DNA of 64,000 nucleotides. Source: Eledone cirrhosa (Eukaryota). Both the position numbers and the translations under genes were made by a program. The stretch spans positions 1,922,001 to 1,986,000 of the forward strand of contig OZ024759.1 of the NCBI GenBank assembly GCA_964016885.1. The letters run 5' to 3'. Below, one piece after another: positions 62,201 to 64,000 of the stretch; position 1 is the stretch's first letter, and the number at the start of each line of letters is the position of its first letter. The notes below the pieces were generated by a model. The model saw only the letters and a program-made list of their open reading frames with translations. It ran no database searches and was not told the origin of the DNA.

Positions 62201-64000
62201 TATTAGTAACATGACAAAGTCTATATTAGTAACATGACACAGTCTATATTAATAACATGACACAGTCTATATTAGTAACATGACACAGTCTATATTATTA
62301 ACATGACAAAGTCTATATTAGTAACATGACACAGTCTATATTAGTAACATGAGACAGTCTATATTAGTAACATGACTAAGTCTATATTAGTAACATGACA
62401 CAGTCTATATTAGTAACATGACACAGTCTATATTAGTAACATGACAAAGTCTATATTAGTTACATGACAAAGTCTATATTAGTAACATGACAAAGTCTAT
62501 ATTAGTAACATGACACAGTCTATATTAGTAACATGACGAAGTCTATATTAGTAACATGACACAGTCTATATTAGTAACATGACACAGTCTATATTAGTAA
62601 CATGAAACAGTCTATATTAGTAACATGACAAAGTCTATATTAGTAACATGACAAAGTCTATATTAGTAACATGACAAAGTCTATATTAGTAGCATGACAC
62701 AGTCTATATTAGCAACATGACAAAGTCTATATTAGTAACATGACACAGTCTATATTAGTAACATGACACAGTCTATATTAGTAACATGACACAGTCTATA
62801 TTAGTAACATGACAAAGTCTATATTAGTAACATGACACAGTCTATATTAGTAACATGACAGTCTATATTAGTAACATGACAGTCTACATTAGTAACATGA
62901 CACAGTCTATATTAGTAACATGACACAGTCTATATTAGTAACATGACACAGTCTAGATTAGTAACATGACACAGTCTATATTAGTAACATGAGACAGTCT
63001 ATATTAGTAGCATGACAAAGTCTATATTAGTAACATGACACAGTCTACATTAGTAACATGACAAAGTCTATATTAGTAACATGGCACAGTCTATATTAGT
63101 AACATGAGACAGTCTATATTAGTAACATGTCAAAGTCTATATTAGTAACATGACACAGTCTATATTAGTAACATGACAAAGTCTATATTAGTAACATGAC
63201 AAAGTCTATATTAGTAACATGACACAGTCTATATTAATAACATGACACAGTCTATATTAGTAACATGACACAGTCTATATTATTAACATGACAAAGTCTA
63301 TATTAGTAACATGACACAGTCTATATTAGTAACATGAGACAGTCTATATTAGTAACATGACTAAGTCTATATTAGTAACATGACACAGTCTATATTAGTA
63401 ACATGACACAGTCTATATTAGTAACATGACAAAGTCTATATTAGTTACATGACAAAGTCTATATTAGTAACATGACAAAGTCTATATTAGTAACATGACA
63501 CAGTCTATATTAGTAACATGACGAAGTCTATATTAGTAACATGACACAGTCTATATTAGTAACATGACACAGTCTATATTAGTAACATGAAACAGTCTAT
63601 ATTAGTAACATGACAAAGTCTATATTAGTAACATGACAAAGTCTATATTAGTAACATGACAAAGTCTATATTAGTAGCATGACACAGTCTATATTAGCAA
63701 CATGACAAAGTCTATATTAGTAACATGACAAAGTCTATATTAGTAACATGACACAGTCTATATTAGTAACATGACAAAGTCTACATTAGTAACATGACAA
63801 AGTCTATATTAGTAACATGACAAGGTCTGTATTAGTAACATGACACAGTCTATATTAGTAGCATGACACAGTCTTTATTAGTAACATGACAAAGTCTATA
63901 TTAGTAACATGACACAGTCTATATTAGTAACATGACACAGTCTATATTAGTAACATGACACAGTCTAGATTAGTAACATGACACAGTCTATATTAGTAAC

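Larger units (their letters stand above)
41370..62900. repeat. Large tandem duplication: ~41370-51840 (~10.5 kb) repeated as ~51840-62900, each copy with its own internal duplication
   Basis: GACACGG (41460/51930, offset 10470), TATACAAG (45811/55269, offset 9458), ACGTG 47973/59223 and CACTGTC 48481/59731 (offset 11250), ACATGTC 49671/60967 (offset 11296). The offset changes are mostly accounted for by the internal 989-bp and 1677-bp duplications plus small whole-monomer indels. Confidence 0.85.
1..64000. repeat. Tandem satellite/minisatellite array, 23-bp monomer TTAGTAACATGACA(A/C)AGTCTATA, ~2,780-2,790 copies, single orientation, extends beyond both window edges
   Basis: Read directly: unit 1 = 1-23 (ttagtagcatgacacagtctata), unit 2 = 24-46 (ttagcaacatgacaaagtctata), continuing to 64000. 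Nearly all monomers differ from the consensus by 0-2 substitutions. Occasional 21-bp (GACAGTC) and 22-bp (GATAAGTGTATA) monomers shift the register. Copy number is 64000/23, not an exact count. Confidence 0.99.

Noticed and set aside
1-64000. CRISPR array
   Set aside because: The 23-bp units are directly adjacent with no unique spacers, and there is no leader or cas gene.
1-64000. Repetitive protein-coding ORF (ATG in nearly every monomer)
   Set aside because: The + strand has TAG, TAA and TGA in each consensus monomer and the - strand has TAG and TAA. Because 23 is not a multiple of 3, every frame meets a stop about every 69 bp.
1-64000. Telomerase-synthesised telomere (TTAG resembles TTAGG; some budding yeasts such as Candida albicans have 23-bp repeats)
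   Set aside because: There is no G-rich strand or GG run, no resemblance to the telomere repeats I know, and multi-kb variant-order duplications indicate recombinational copying rather than templated addition. A subtelomeric location is not excluded.
1-64000. Plasmid/phage iterons or an operator array
   Set aside because: Such arrays have a few to tens of copies next to a rep or par gene. Here there are thousands of copies and no gene.
1-64000. Rolling-circle or sequencing concatemer, or synthetic data-encoding DNA
   Set aside because: Rare variants recur in fixed order in hierarchically nested blocks with copy-specific divergence. That is unlike random read error on a single template or a designed code. 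Individual duplications could still be assembly errors.
1-64000. Structured ncRNA, terminator or cruciform
   Set aside because: Self-complementarity is limited to 3-4 bp (GAC/GTC, CATG, TATA), and no inverted block of monomers was seen.

Overview
The whole 64 kb window is one uninterrupted, head-to-tail tandem array of an AT-rich 23-bp monomer, consensus TTAGTAACATGACA(A/C)AGTCTATA. It holds roughly 2,780-2,790 copies by length, is about 26-30% GC, and runs off both window ends. I saw no genes, RNA genes, CRISPR spacers, mobile-element insertions, inversions or unique sequence, and the consensus puts stop codons in all six frames. The information lies in the order of variant monomers: a frequent A/C dimorphism, about 20 recurrent single-base variants, and 21- and 22-bp deletion monomers. 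Read as markers, these show nested block duplications from about 230 bp up to about 9-11 kb. This fits a satellite or large minisatellite, most plausibly eukaryotic (inference), expanding by unequal exchange or slippage. I cannot name the organism or satellite family, and I found no support for a novel protein- or RNA-based system. All offsets were read by eye from marker positions, so block boundaries are approximate.
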